From contig JAXSNR010000001.1 of the NCBI GenBank assembly GCA_037925075.1, forward strand, positions 672,001-736,000: DNA of 64,000 nucleotides, given 5' to 3'. The translations under genes were made by a program, and so were the position numbers. Positions 46,939-57,045 of this stretch are shown in pieces (position 1 is the first letter of the stretch; the number at the start of each line of letters is the position of its first letter). This DNA is from Aquificaceae bacterium. GTDB taxonomy: Bacteria > Aquificota > Aquificia > Aquificales > Aquificaceae. Below the pieces are notes generated by a model. The model was not told where the DNA came from and did not search any database. It worked only from the letters and a program-made list of their open reading frames with translations.

Positions 46939-49900
46939 GCTTGAAAATTTTACCGTCTACAGAGGAAAACACAGCCTTGACTTTTCACCCCTTAACTTCT
47001 TTGTTATAAAGGGAAGGACTGGAGCGGGCAAAACAAGCCTTATAGATGCCATATGCTATGCCCTGTATGGAAAAGTACCAAGATACGGAAAAGAAAAAGC
47101 CCACGCACATCTTATCTCCAAAGGTCAAAGGTATATGCGTGTAGCTTTGGAGTTCTCAGTCAGAGGCAGGCGATACAGAATAGAAAGGGAGTACCAAGCA
47201 GACAAGAAGAGAAATCTGTCGGACTTTAGGTTTTACGAGGAGGGAAGACCCAAGCCCTTTAGAGAGGAGGAGCTAAATAGGTACCTCAAAGACATACTAA
47301 GGCTTGACTACAACATATTTACAAAGGTTATACTCCTGCCCCAAAACCAGTTTGATAGGTTCCTAAAGCCACAGGAACCCAAGGAAAGGAGGGAAATACT
47401 CAACTTACTTTTAGGCTTTTCTGAAGCCCTTTCTGGGCTCAAAAACTTGGTAGGTGAAGAATACAAGTCCCTTGTTAGTAAAATGCAATTTTTGCAATCC
47501 AGACTTGACCAGCTTTCCCACATAAGCCCAGGACTTATTCTTCAGAAGGAAAAAGAGCTAAAAGAGGTGGAAAGGGCTTACAAAGACCTTACGGAAAAAA
47601 AGTCCCAATTAGAATACCAACTCCTGAGGTGTAGAGAGAGAGATGTTTTACAGGATGAGCACAGGAAAACTAACGAAAGCCTAAAAAAGCTATCGGATGA
47701 GGAAAAAGAAATCACTCAGAAAAAACAGCGTCTTGAAATAGCCCTTGAGATACTCCCCCACCTTCCAAAGGTAGAGCAGTATGAGAGGATAAACTTAGAG
47801 GAAAAAAGGCTAAATGATGAAATGAGGCACAAGGAAATAGAGCTTAAAAAATATCAAGAAGAGATAAAAACGGTGGAAGAAGAGTTTGAAAAAGTAAATA
47901 AGGAGTTTGAAAACCTTGAAGTATACAACAATAAAAGGCTTAAAATTAGTCAAATTTTGCGTTCTGTTGAAGACTATATGGCACAAAAAAGGGAGTTAAA
48001 CCGTATAGAAACGGAAATAGCCCAGCTGGAAGAGGAAAAGCGTTCCCATGGTGAGAGATTAAAAGGTCTAAGAGATAAGCACAAAAGCTGTTTTGAGAAT
48101 ATAAACGAACTAAGGCAAGCCATACAAGAACTTGAAGGAATGAATATTGAAACAGAATTTATAAGGGCTCAGAAAAGAAAGGAGCAGGTAGAAAGATTAA
48201 GAGAGTTGGAAGAGGAAGAAAAGAAGTTTGAGAAAGAGTTAGAAGGCCTTAATAAAGAGCTTATGTCCAAAAAGGAAGATTTAGAAAGAGCCAAAAGAGA
48301 GCAGGAAGGTTTAACTTCTGAGATAGAAAATACAGAAGAGGGAATAAAAGCCCTTGAGTCCTTTTTAGAGGAAGAAGGAAAGGTCCTTCAGGAGCTTTTT
48401 AGCCTTGAAGAAAAGCTTAAAAAGGCTGTGGAGCTTGAAGAGGTAAGAAAAAACAAAGCTTTCTACCAGAAAAGATTGCAGGAGATAGAAGATAGCCTAA
48501 GGTCTGTGGAGAAGGACTTAGAAGAGTCGAGGGAGAGAAGGTTTGAAGTTTATGCCTTTGAGCTAAGAGTGAGATTAAAGGAAGGAGATATCTGTCCTGT
48601 ATGTGGTCAGAGTGCGAGACACATGGAGGTTGAGGAGACAAGGGAAGACCTAAAGGAGCTAATAGGAAAACAAGAAGAGCTGGAAAAAAGGGAAAGAGAC
48701 TTAAGGTCACAACTTCACCACATACAAGCCCAGATTTCTACCTTAGAAGGTAGGGAAAGGGAGATAGAAGAAGTGCTTAATGGACTAACTAAGGAAGATA
48801 TTCAAAACAAAGTCTCTGAGCTAAAGGGCATCCGTGAAGATATGTCCGAAAAAAGGCAATTACTAAAGCAAAAGGAACAAAATCTGAGAGAGCTAAGAAG
48901 GAAACAAACGGAGCTTTCACAGTCTATAGATAAGTTGAGGTTTGAAGAGGCTGAGATAAGGGAAAAAATTTCCTCAAAGTCTTCGCTCGTCAAAAGGCTT
49001 GAAGAGGAAAAGGCTTTTCTTAAAAATGCCTTAGGTGATAACTTGTGGGCTGTACTTGAAGAGGTGCAGAAGATAGAAGAGGACTACGAAAAGCTTCAAT
49101 CTTTGAAGGAAAGAGAGAAAAAGCTTATCCAAGAGCTTGAAGAAGTCCAGAGGGACCTCTCGGAAGAGGAGAGAAACTATACAAAGCTTGAAGAGAGACT
49201 AAAAAACCTAAAGGAACAAAAAAAGTCCTTAGAGGAAAAGCTTAATAGTATGGAGGAGGAAATCAAGGAAAGTACAAAAGAGCCACCTTCTGAGGTTTTG
49301 ATTTACAGATTAAACAAGTATATGCAAGACTTGGAAAAGAAAATAAAAGAACTGCAAGAAAAATACACAAAGACTACATCTTACTTACAGGGGCTAAAAG
49401 TAAAAGAGGCAAGCCTCAATTCGGATATACAAAACATAAAAGAGCGTCTTTCTTTTCTGCAGAGCCAAAAGGAAAGCATTGCCACTGAAATATACTCTCT
49501 TCTGAACAAGTTCGGAAGCTTTGAAAATATAAAGGCTTACGCCTTAAGTCAGGACCAAATAAAAATTCTTCAGGAGGAGATAGAGAAATACAATAAGGAA
49601 AAACACAATTTGGAAAACAAACTTTCAGAGCTTAAAAAAAGGCTTGAAGGTCTGAAGGACCTTCCTGAGACTTCCCTTGTGGAGGTAGAACTAAAGAACC
49701 TAAATGAGTCCATTCACGAAAACAGAAGGCTCTACGGAAGTCTTCAGGGTGAGATGGAAAAGCTAAAAAGGGAGCTTTCTGAAAAACAGGATCTGGAAGG
49801 AAACCTTAGGGAGCTTTTCTCAAGTCTGAGCCTGTATGAAAGGCTAAAGAACGACCTTATGGATAATCAGTTTCCAGAGTTTGTAAGCCAGCTTATGCTC

Positions 49901-50314
49901 AAAAAGGTCACCGTCATGGCAAACTACTATCTTTTTAAATTTACTTCTGGACAGTTTACCTTTGAGCTGGTTGAGGGAGACCTTCATATCTACGACCATG
50001 CCATAGGACATCATAGGGTGGTTTCAAGTCTCAGCGGTGGTGAGACATTTTTGGCTAGCATCTCTCTTGCCTTTGCGGTGGCGGACATTCTCTCTCAAAA
50101 TGCACCCCTTGAAAGCCTATTTATAGATGAGGGCTTTGGTTCTTTGGACAGAGAAACAAGAGAATCCTTTTCTGAGTTTTTTGACCTTATAAGACAATCC
50201 ACCGACAGGCTTGTGGGCATAATAACCCACGTGGAGGACATAGCGGAAAAGTTTGATCAAAGAATTGAAGTGGAAAAAAGGGATGGCTATACGAACCTAA
50301 AAGTCATATATTAG
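46919..50314 (+). CDS. sbcC: SbcC/Rad50 ATPase
   Basis: GRTGAGKT, coiled coils, CPVCG zinc hook, LSGGE, FIDEGFGSLD. Confidence 0.95.
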   Translation: MRPIRLELENFTVYRGKHSLDFSPLNFFVIKGRTGAGKTSLIDAICYALYGKVPRYGKEKAHAHLISKGQRYMRVALEFSVRGRRYRIEREYQADKKRNLSDFRFYEEGRPKPFREEELNRYLKDILRLDYNIFTKVILLPQNQFDRFLKPQEPKERREILNLLLGFSEALSGLKNLVGEEYKSLVSKMQFLQSRLDQLSHISPGLILQKEKELKEVERAYKDLTEKKSQLEYQLLRCRERDVLQDEHRKTNESLKKLSDEEKEITQKKQRLEIALEILPHLPKVEQYERINLEEKRLNDEMRHKEIELKKYQEEIKTVEEEFEKVNKEFENLEVYNNKRLKISQILRSVEDYMAQKRELNRIETEIAQLEEEKRSHGERLKGLRDKHKSCFENINELRQAIQELEGMNIETEFIRAQKRKEQVERLRELEEEEKKFEKELEGLNKELMSKKEDLERAKREQEGLTSEIENTEEGIKALESFLEEEGKVLQELFSLEEKLKKAVELEEVRKNKAFYQKRLQEIEDSLRSVEKDLEESRERRFEVYAFELRVRLKEGDICPVCGQSARHMEVEETREDLKELIGKQEELEKRERDLRSQLHHIQAQISTLEGREREIEEVLNGLTKEDIQNKVSELKGIREDMSEKRQLLKQKEQNLRELRRKQTELSQSIDKLRFEEAEIREKISSKSSLVKRLEEEKAFLKNALGDNLWAVLEEVQKIEEDYEKLQSLKEREKKLIQELEEVQRDLSEEERNYTKLEERLKNLKEQKKSLEEKLNSMEEEIKESTKEPPSEVLIYRLNKYMQDLEKKIKELQEKYTKTTSYLQGLKVKEASLNSDIQNIKERLSFLQSQKESIATEIYSLLNKFGSFENIKAYALSQDQIKILQEEIEKYNKEKHNLENKLSELKKRLEGLKDLPETSLVEVELKNLNESIHENRRLYGSLQGEMEKLKRELSEKQDLEGNLRELFSSLSLYERLKNDLMDNQFPEFVSQLMLKKVTVMANYYLFKFTSGQFTFELVEGDLHIYDHAIGHHRVVSSLSGGETFLASISLAFAVADILSQNAPLESLFIDEGFGSLDRETRESFSEFFDLIRQSTDRLVGIITHVEDIAEKFDQRIEVEKRDGYTNLKVIY

Positions 50315-50319
50315 TAAGG

Positions 50320-50814
50320 ATGAAAGCCACAAGCAAAAAGGAGTTAAAAGAGCTTTATGACAAAGACTTTCCCCTTTGGGCTGAGATAAACTTAGAACTT
50401 CTAAAAGAAAAAGCCTATGACCTCGTAGACTGGGAAAACCTATTGGAGGAAATAGAGGATATGGCAAGGTCTGACCTAAGGGGTTGTATAAGTCAGTTGG
50501 CAAGGATTTTGGAACATCTTTATAAGTGGGATAACTTCAAAGAGCTAGCTGGTGGTAAAACCGCAGGTATGGGATGGGTCAGAAGCATAGAGAATGCAAG
50601 GAACGAAATACTTGATACCTTTGACCTATCACCAAGCCTAAGGTCAAAACTGCCTTTGGAGCTTGACACTGCTTGGCGTTTTGCAAGGAGAAGGCTAAAC
50701 ACATGGCTTGTGCAAAACAACCAAAGACCAGAAGATTTTCATATCCCCGAAGAATGCCCCTACACTTACGAAACTGCCATGACAAGGGACTTAAGGAAGG
50801 AGATAAAACCATGA
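50320..50814 (+). CDS. DUF29 family protein, copy 1
   Basis: LYDKDF..W, DWENL.EEIE.M, LEHL.KW, W..SI...R, P.ECPY. Confidence 0.85.
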   Translation: MKATSKKELKELYDKDFPLWAEINLELLKEKAYDLVDWENLLEEIEDMARSDLRGCISQLARILEHLYKWDNFKELAGGKTAGMGWVRSIENARNEILDTFDLSPSLRSKLPLELDTAWRFARRRLNTWLVQNNQRPEDFHIPEECPYTYETAMTRDLRKEIKP

Positions 50815-51305
50815 AAACCATAAGCAAGGAAGAGTTAAAAGAGCTTTACGACAAAGATTTTCCCCTTTGGGCTGAAATCAATTTAGAGCTTCTTAGGGAA
50901 AAAGCCTATGACCTTGTGGATTGGGAAAATCTCCTGGAGGAAATAGAGGATATGGCAAGGTCGGACTTAAAAGCCTGTATAAGCTATTTAGCGGTGATTT
51001 TGGAACACCTTTATAAGTGGGACCACTTTAGAGATTTGGCAGGTGGAGAAACTGCGGGAAGGTCTTGGATGAAAAGCGTAGAAAAGGCAAGGAACGAGAT
51101 TAGAACCATGTTTATGGATTATCCAAGCTTGAGGAATAAACTTCCCAACGAAGTTGAAAAGGCGTGGAGACATGCGGTAAGCAGGCTAAAAGGATGGCTT
51201 ATAGACAATGACTACGAGCCAGAGGACTTTAACATACCTGAAAAATGCCCCTACACTTACGAAACCGCCATGACAAGGGACCTAAGAAAGGAGATAAAGC
51301 CATGA
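50811..51305 (+). CDS. DUF29 family protein, copy 2
   Basis: Same motifs; ATGA-coupled start at 50811. Confidence 0.85.
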   Translation: MKTISKEELKELYDKDFPLWAEINLELLREKAYDLVDWENLLEEIEDMARSDLKACISYLAVILEHLYKWDHFRDLAGGETAGRSWMKSVEKARNEIRTMFMDYPSLRNKLPNEVEKAWRHAVSRLKGWLIDNDYEPEDFNIPEKCPYTYETAMTRDLRKEIKP

Positions 51306-51790
51306 AAACCATAAGCAAAGAAGAGTTAAAAGAGCTTTATGACAAAGATTTTCCACTCTGGGCTGAAATCAACTTGGAGCTTCTAAAAGAAAAAGCCTAT
51401 GACCTTGTGGATTGGGAAAACCTATTGGAGGAAATAGAAGATATAGCACAGAGGCACTTAGATGCTTGTGTAAGCTATTTAGCGGTTATTTTGGAACACC
51501 TTTATAAGTGGGACCACTTTAGAGACTTAGCGGGCGGAGGGACCGCAGGGAGAAAGTGGATAAAGAGTGTTTTGGTCTCAAGGCTGGAAATAGATGCCAT
51601 GTTTAAGAAATACCCAAGCCTGAAATCAAAGCTACCCAAAGAGCTTAAAACCGCATGGATAGACGCTAGAAAGGAGCTATTCAAGTGGCTTATTAAAAAG
51701 GACCTTGACCCAGAGAACTTTTCCATACCCGAAGAATGCCCCTACACTTATGAGATTGCAATGACAAGAGACCTAAGAAGGGAACAATGA
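51302..51790 (+). CDS. DUF29 family protein, copy 3
   Basis: Same motifs; ATGA-coupled start at 51302. Confidence 0.85.
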   Translation: MKTISKEELKELYDKDFPLWAEINLELLKEKAYDLVDWENLLEEIEDIAQRHLDACVSYLAVILEHLYKWDHFRDLAGGGTAGRKWIKSVLVSRLEIDAMFKKYPSLKSKLPKELKTAWIDARKELFKWLIKKDLDPENFSIPEECPYTYEIAMTRDLRREQ

Positions 51791-53076
51791 GACTTTTTTT
51801 ATTACTTTTGGAGGTGTTTTTTATGGCTACGCTGGTTCTTGCGGGAGAATTAAAAACCTACAAACTTCCCAACGGTGCAAAGCTGGTGATAAACAGAAGG
51901 GAGGATACGGAGGCGGTCGCCCTGCATGTATGGTTCAAGGTAGGTTCCATATACGAAGATTATCAACAAAAGGGCATGGCTCACTTTTTGGAGCATATGC
52001 TCTTTAACGGCTCTGAAAAGTATCCCTATGGGCAGATAGATTACATAGTGGAAAGTTTGGGGGGCAATCTCAACGCAGGCACTTCAAAGGAATACACCTT
52101 TTATCACATAACCATAGCAAAGCCTTATTGGAAAGACGCTCTTGAGGTACTTTACCAGCTTACCCAAAAGCCACTCCTTTTGGAGGAGATGGTGGAAAAG
52201 GAAAAGCCCATTGTGATTGAGGAGCTAAGGCGTGGGAAGGATAACCCAACCACAGTCCTATGGGAAGAATTTGAAAAACTCCTTTACAAGGTATCTCCCT
52301 ACCGCCATCCCATAATAGGCTACGAGGAAACCATCCAAAAGTTCAGTAGAAATATGCTTCTTGAATTCTACAGAAACTTTTACCAGCCCAGAAACATGTA
52401 TGTGGTGGTTGTGGGAGATGTGGAGCCAGAGGAAGTTTATAGGGAGGTGTTAAAAACCTTTGGGAGGGAAGAGGGTAAGCCTGTGCCAAAAGTGGAGCTA
52501 ATTCCCGAACCAGAGCAGTTAGAAAACCGTTCAAAGACCATAAGGGACAAAAGGGTAGAAAAAGCCTATTGGCTAATAGGCTGGAGAGTGCCAGCCATAG
52601 GCACAAAGGAATACTACGCCCTTGTGGTACTTGACCAACTTCTGGGCAGTGGTAGAACATCTCTTTTTTACAGAGAGCTGAGGGAAAAGGGTGTAGTCTA
52701 TAGCATATCCACAGGAGACTTTGGAAGACCAAGGGACAACCTTTTCTTTGTTTATGCAACCCTTGAGGGAGAGAGGTTTCAGGAGGTAAAGGATAGGGTC
52801 TTTGGACTGATGAAAAGCCTAAAAGAAAGCCTTACAGAGGAGGAGCTACAGAAGGCAAAGCAAAGGCTTATAAACTCTGAGGTTTTTGCCCTTGAAAGGG
52901 TGGAAAGGGATGCCTTTTACATTGGCTATTCTCTTGCGGTGGTTGGGCTTTTGGACTACTACAAATACTTTGAAAACAACATAAGAAGCGTCCGTCGTGA
53001 AGATGTGATTAGAGTACTTGAAAAGTATATTCTTGGCAAGCCTTACGGTGAAGTCCTTATGGTACCAGAGAAATGA
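51787..53076 (+). CDS. M16B zinc peptidase, catalytic subunit
   Basis: GMAHFLEH (HxxEH), NAGT, VIEE. Confidence 0.93.
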   Translation: MRLFLLLLEVFFMATLVLAGELKTYKLPNGAKLVINRREDTEAVALHVWFKVGSIYEDYQQKGMAHFLEHMLFNGSEKYPYGQIDYIVESLGGNLNAGTSKEYTFYHITIAKPYWKDALEVLYQLTQKPLLLEEMVEKEKPIVIEELRRGKDNPTTVLWEEFEKLLYKVSPYRHPIIGYEETIQKFSRNMLLEFYRNFYQPRNMYVVVVGDVEPEEVYREVLKTFGREEGKPVPKVELIPEPEQLENRSKTIRDKRVEKAYWLIGWRVPAIGTKEYYALVVLDQLLGSGRTSLFYRELREKGVVYSISTGDFGRPRDNLFFVYATLEGERFQEVKDRVFGLMKSLKESLTEEELQKAKQRLINSEVFALERVERDAFYIGYSLAVVGLLDYYKYFENNIRSVRREDVIRVLEKYILGKPYGEVLMVPEK

Positions 53077-54326
53077 GGTTTATAATACTTGTGCTTTTTA
53101 TTCTAAGCCTTTCCTTTGGAGGTGCAAGAGTGCAGGAATACATCCTTGAAAAGGGAGTAAAGCTTATACTAAAAGAAACAAAGGGCAAGGGTATAGTCTC
53201 TGGGGTTGTCTTTATAAAGTCTGGCACGCACGGAGAGGAAAAAAGAGGTCTTACGAACCTTACAGCACTATTACTTACAAAAGGCACAAAGAGCTACAGC
53301 TCCTATCAGATTGCCAGCACCTTTGAGGACTACGGTGGGAGTGTGTATGCATCCGCAAGCGACGACTATGTGGAGATAGGCTTTTCCACCAAGTTGGAGG
53401 GACTGCGGGAAGGCCTTTTGGTTATAAGGAGCATGCTTACAGAGCCATCCTTTTCCCATGAGGATGTGCAAAGAGAAAAGCAGAACCTACTTCAAGCCAT
53501 AAGGTCAAGGAGGGAAAGTGGTCAGGAGCTTGCGGTGGATGCCCTCAGAAGGCTAACCTACAAGGGCTCCAACTACGAGGTGGTGCCTCTTGGACTTGAG
53601 GAGGATGTAAAAAGCATAAGCAGGGAAGACATTGTCAGAAGGTGGAAACAGATACTGCGTTCCAAAAATGTGGTGGTGAGCCTCGTGGGAGACTTCAAAA
53701 CAGAAGAGGTTCTGCCCATGCTAAAAGAGGTCTTTTCTGAAATTCCTGAAGGGGAATACGCCATAAACCCTGTGGAGATTCCTATGGAAAGGGACCTTTT
53801 GGACAGGGTAAAAAGGCCCGGTTCTCAGGCGACGGTGATGTGTGCCTTTGACGCTCCAGACTTTAAGGGTGAGGAATACTTTGCCTTTAAGGTTTTGGAT
53901 GCGGTGCTTGGTGATGGCATGACTTCAAAGCTCTTTAAAGAGCTCAGAGAAAAAAGGGGCTACGCCTATGCGGTCTATTCCACCTATCCCACCCGCCTCT
54001 CTTCTCCGAGGCTTATAACCTACATAGGCACCTCTCCAGAAAAGAAGGAAGATGCCCTAAGAGACATGGTGAGCTTGGTAAAAGAGGTTCAAATCACGCC
54101 CGAGGATGTGGAGCTGGCAAAGAACAAGATTGTGGGAGACTTTCTTCTTTCTCGCCAGACAAGGTCAAGACAGGCTTTCTATCTGGGCTTTTTTGAGGTG
54201 ATGGGCTTTGGATGGAAGATGGACGGGCAATATACAGACAGGATAAGAGCGGTTAGCTTTGAAGAGGTACAAAAGGTAAGAGAAAAGTACCTAAAGGTAC
54301 ATCACTGTGTTGTGGTGGAACCCTGA
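53073..54326 (+). CDS. M16B peptidase, non-catalytic partner subunit
   Basis: M16 fold without HxxEH; S.LF.ELREKRG.AY. Confidence 0.88.
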   Translation: MRFIILVLFILSLSFGGARVQEYILEKGVKLILKETKGKGIVSGVVFIKSGTHGEEKRGLTNLTALLLTKGTKSYSSYQIASTFEDYGGSVYASASDDYVEIGFSTKLEGLREGLLVIRSMLTEPSFSHEDVQREKQNLLQAIRSRRESGQELAVDALRRLTYKGSNYEVVPLGLEEDVKSISREDIVRRWKQILRSKNVVVSLVGDFKTEEVLPMLKEVFSEIPEGEYAINPVEIPMERDLLDRVKRPGSQATVMCAFDAPDFKGEEYFAFKVLDAVLGDGMTSKLFKELREKRGYAYAVYSTYPTRLSSPRLITYIGTSPEKKEDALRDMVSLVKEVQITPEDVELAKNKIVGDFLLSRQTRSRQAFYLGFFEVMGFGWKMDGQYTDRIRAVSFEEVQKVREKYLKVHHCVVVEP

Positions 54327-54625
54327 TGGCGGACTTTACCAAGGCTGGACTTGACAGGGGAGACCTACACAAGGAATTAGAGCATACCCTAATATCCGCA
54401 AAAATGCTATACAGGACATACTCCGCAAGCATAGAAGACCTAACAGAAGAGGAGCTAAAATACGACCTTGTAGAATACACAGACCAATTGGAACGTACCA
54501 TTATGCCCCTTGTCAAGAGGGCTGAAGGGACAAAGGATAAAAAGTTAGTGGATATGGCTTATGAACTTAGATACACCTACGAAAGGCTTATAGAACTTAT
54601 ACATCAGAGGCTAAAAACCTTTTGA
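54326..54625 (+). CDS. Hypothetical helical protein
   Basis: TGATG coupling to upstream gene; native codon usage. Confidence 0.6.
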   Translation: MADFTKAGLDRGDLHKELEHTLISAKMLYRTYSASIEDLTEEELKYDLVEYTDQLERTIMPLVKRAEGTKDKKLVDMAYELRYTYERLIELIHQRLKTF

Positions 54626-55283
54626 GCTTTTCTATCGCTTCTGCCTTTATCTGGGAAACCCTTGCCATAGAAACACCCAAAATCCCTGCCACCTCCTTTA
54701 GTGGAAGCTCTTCGTAGTACAAAAGCTGTAGGACTAACTTTTCCCTGTATTCAAGGCTCTCTATAGCCCTAAGCAGTCTTTCCCTCAGGTCTTTTTTGAT
54801 AACCACCTCTTCTGGTCCCTCCTCTGAGCTCTCAAAGAGCTCCTCATAGCTCCTACCCTCCTGAAAAACTTCATCAAGGCTCATCATATAAGAAAAGCTT
54901 ATCGCCTGAAGGTCTTCTCTAAGTTTTTCTGGGCTTTCGCCAAGATAATCCGCTAACTCTTCATCGCTCACCTCACCGCCCTTTTCCATACTGAGTTTTT
55001 CCATAGCTTGTCTTATTGCCTTTTCTTTTGACCTGAGGCTTCTACTAACAAAATCAAGACTTCTCAAGTAGTCATACATAGCCCCCCTTATGCGTAGCCT
55101 AAGGTAGGCGGTGGTATTTTTTGTTTTATCCAGTCTTGGCAAAGCCTCTACGAGAGCAAGCACTCCATATCCTATTAGGTCCCTCACATCCACGGAAGCT
55201 GGCAGGTGTCTGTGTATGCGGTAGGCTATCTGCTGAACCAAAGGCAGGTAAGAAAGCACCAACTCCTTTTCTTCGGCGGTCAT
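54597..55283 (-). CDS. fliA: RNA polymerase sigma-28 (FliA/WhiG)
   Basis: LPLV..IA, DLI..G..AL, RIRGAM.DYLR..D...RS.R, RVSQI. Confidence 0.93.
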   Translation of the reverse strand: MTAEEKELVLSYLPLVQQIAYRIHRHLPASVDVRDLIGYGVLALVEALPRLDKTKNTTAYLRLRIRGAMYDYLRSLDFVSRSLRSKEKAIRQAMEKLSMEKGGEVSDEELADYLGESPEKLREDLQAISFSYMMSLDEVFQEGRSYEELFESSEEGPEEVVIKKDLRERLLRAIESLEYREKLVLQLLYYEELPLKEVAGILGVSMARVSQIKAEAIEKLKRFLASDV

Positions 55284-55370
55284 GGAAATATTTTAGTGGC
55301 TATGAGCTTTGTCATTGAAAGAAGGAGATATAAGTATATATTCACTCAAAAACTTAGGAGGTGTAAAGGT

Positions 55371-55763
55371 ATGCTTGAGCTAAGAAGTCTTCCAAAGGTT
55401 GCCAACGAGCTTTTCAATGCTCTGCACGAGGATGAACTACAGCTGATAAATGAACTATACTTAGCCTGTGAAAAGGAAGATCTCGCAGAGGCAGACAGGT
55501 TAATGGATCTGCTCCTATACGATGTGGAGGAGCATTTTTCTACGGAGGAGGAGCTTATGAAGGAGGCGGACTTCTTTGCCTATCCTATGCACAAGGCGGA
55601 GCACGACACTATGAGAGGAGACCTAAAAGCCCTATACAGCAACTGGAAAACATCAAAGGATACACCCATGGTAATGGACTTCATAAAGGATAAGCTTATT
55701 CCGTGGCTTTTGCTACATATATCCCGTTGGGATTCAGTGACCGCCATGCATATAGGAAGCTAA
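55371..55763 (+). CDS. Hemerythrin-like protein
   Basis: H, EHF..EE..M, HK.EH, WL..HI...D; SD AGGAGGT. Confidence 0.88.
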   Translation: MLELRSLPKVANELFNALHEDELQLINELYLACEKEDLAEADRLMDLLLYDVEEHFSTEEELMKEADFFAYPMHKAEHDTMRGDLKALYSNWKTSKDTPMVMDFIKDKLIPWLLLHISRWDSVTAMHIGS

Positions 55764-56219
55764 AAAGCCAAACCATAGCACATTGCTGGCAAGATGGAGA
55801 AGGCTCACCAAGGCTAAGGATCCAGTCCTTTGGTACGCATAGCCATAAAAAAGGGAAGGGAAAAAGGTAAGCACCGACCAAAGGTCTGTATAAAGCACCA
55901 CATGGGGCAATGTAAAAAGCACTGAAACCACAAGGTTTGAAAACCTTTGCATAAGGTAGGCTCTAAAAAAAAGCTCTTCCGCAAAAGCCTGAAGGGCCAA
56001 GCTGGCAAAGTCTTTGGGATACAAAAGGTACAAAGGGGGCAAAAGAAGAAGGCTCAAGTTCCATACACTTTTTAGCCCAAGCTTCTCCGACGGTAAGAAA
56101 ACAAGAGGAAGCAAAAGCACAATTATGCCAAGGTTGGGCAAGCCAAAGAGTCTATGAAATAGGATATTAAAGAGAAAAAGTCCATAAAGTAAGAGCTCAG
56201 TATATCCTTTTATAGACAA
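55734..56219 (-). CDS. CPBP (CAAX-II) glutamic intramembrane protease, MrtJ/myxosortase-like
   Basis: EELFFRAYL, F...H, TFFPSL.YG, H...N; last gene of the T2SS run. Confidence 0.82.
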   Translation of the reverse strand: MSIKGYTELLLYGLFLFNILFHRLFGLPNLGIIVLLLPLVFLPSEKLGLKSVWNLSLLLLPPLYLLYPKDFASLALQAFAEELFFRAYLMQRFSNLVVSVLFTLPHVVLYTDLWSVLTFFPSLFYGYAYQRTGSLALVSLLHLASNVLWFGFLASYMHGGH

Positions 56220-57045
56220 TTTTCCCCTCCTGTCTGTCGTATATTGCGGAAAAGCTTATGCTGTAGCCTCCGCTTTTTAGGTCCATCACAAGGTGGAAGA
56301 ACCTGCTTTTGGTGTCTATGTAGTTTTTCATCTTGTAAAGCATATCAAAGGTAAAGCCCTCCACAAGCACAAGGTCATCGGGCCTTTTGAAGGGCTCCTT
56401 TGCCCTCCTCTCTATTATCTTACTTGCGAGGGTTTGGTCTATGCGGGGGTCAAGTGCCATAAGCACAGGCATGGGTGCGGTGTTTATATTTACCTTGCCC
56501 GAAGAGAAGGTGGTGGTAAGGCTCCAAAGCCCGGGGTAAAAGTCTTTTCCTATGGTCTTGCCTTGTAGGTCTTCTGGCTTAAAGCCCACATAAAGGAGCT
56601 CTTCCTTTGAGTTAAGGGGTGCCCTCTTTATGGGATAAGGGCTATCAAAGGCACCATCCTTTTTGCCTATCCAGGTCAAAAGCCTATCAAGGTACTGGGA
56701 GTCAATCCTTAGGTAGGAAAAAAGGTGTTTAAAAAGCTCCTGATGTTCTCCTGCGGTGTTTAGGTTTATGTATCGGTCCTCGTCGTATATGGTGATGGTG
56801 AGCTCTCCCTTTTCGGTTTTAAAGCTCAGTGGGTATGCCCACCTTTCCTGAAGGTGGTCCACAGAGGGGTCGTCAGGCCTTATTATTTCTATGGCAAGGG
56901 GGAGTGCGGACCTGAAAACATAGAGGGCTTGGGTGCGTGCATAAACCTGTTGAACCGCCATCTGCGTACTTTTTACGCTTGCAAAAAGGTCCAAAACCAC
57001 AAGGCTGGCACTTATAAAGAGTATAAGGGCAAGGATTATGGTCAT
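56197..57045 (-). CDS. gspK: Type II secretion minor pseudopilin K
   Basis: N-terminal TM, D.L.E.WA, DE...IN.N, VNINTAP..VL.AL. Confidence 0.87.
   Translation of the reverse strand: MTIILALILFISASLVVLDLFASVKSTQMAVQQVYARTQALYVFRSALPLAIEIIRPDDPSVDHLQERWAYPLSFKTEKGELTITIYDEDRYINLNTAGEHQELFKHLFSYLRIDSQYLDRLLTWIGKKDGAFDSPYPIKRAPLNSKEELLYVGFKPEDLQGKTIGKDFYPGLWSLTTTFSSGKVNINTAPMPVLMALDPRIDQTLASKIIERRAKEPFKRPDDLVLVEGFTFDMLYKMKNYIDTKSRFFHLVMDLKSGGYSISFSAIYDRQEGKIVYKRIY

Larger units (their letters stand above)
50320..51790 (+). repeat. Tandem triplication with 491-nt period
   Basis: Starts at 50320, 50811, 51302; highly similar 5' ~140 nt and 3' ~50 nt. Confidence 0.9.

Noticed and set aside
47600..49700. 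A-rich stretch in sbcC as a foreign insertion
   Set aside because: Explained by Glu/Lys-rich coiled coils around the zinc hook; frame is continuous
50673..51301. Longer N-termini of DUF29 copies 2 and 3 in the ORF track (50673, 51245)
   Set aside because: True starts are the ATGA-coupled 50811 and 51302, matching copy 1
50320..51790. CRISPR array or DGR
   Set aside because: Repeats are whole coding paralogs; no short repeat-spacer structure, no cas or reverse transcriptase, and variation is not adenine-restricted
55206..55370. Extended hemerythrin N-terminus
   Set aside because: Overlaps the fliA start; SD AGGAGGT supports ATG 55371
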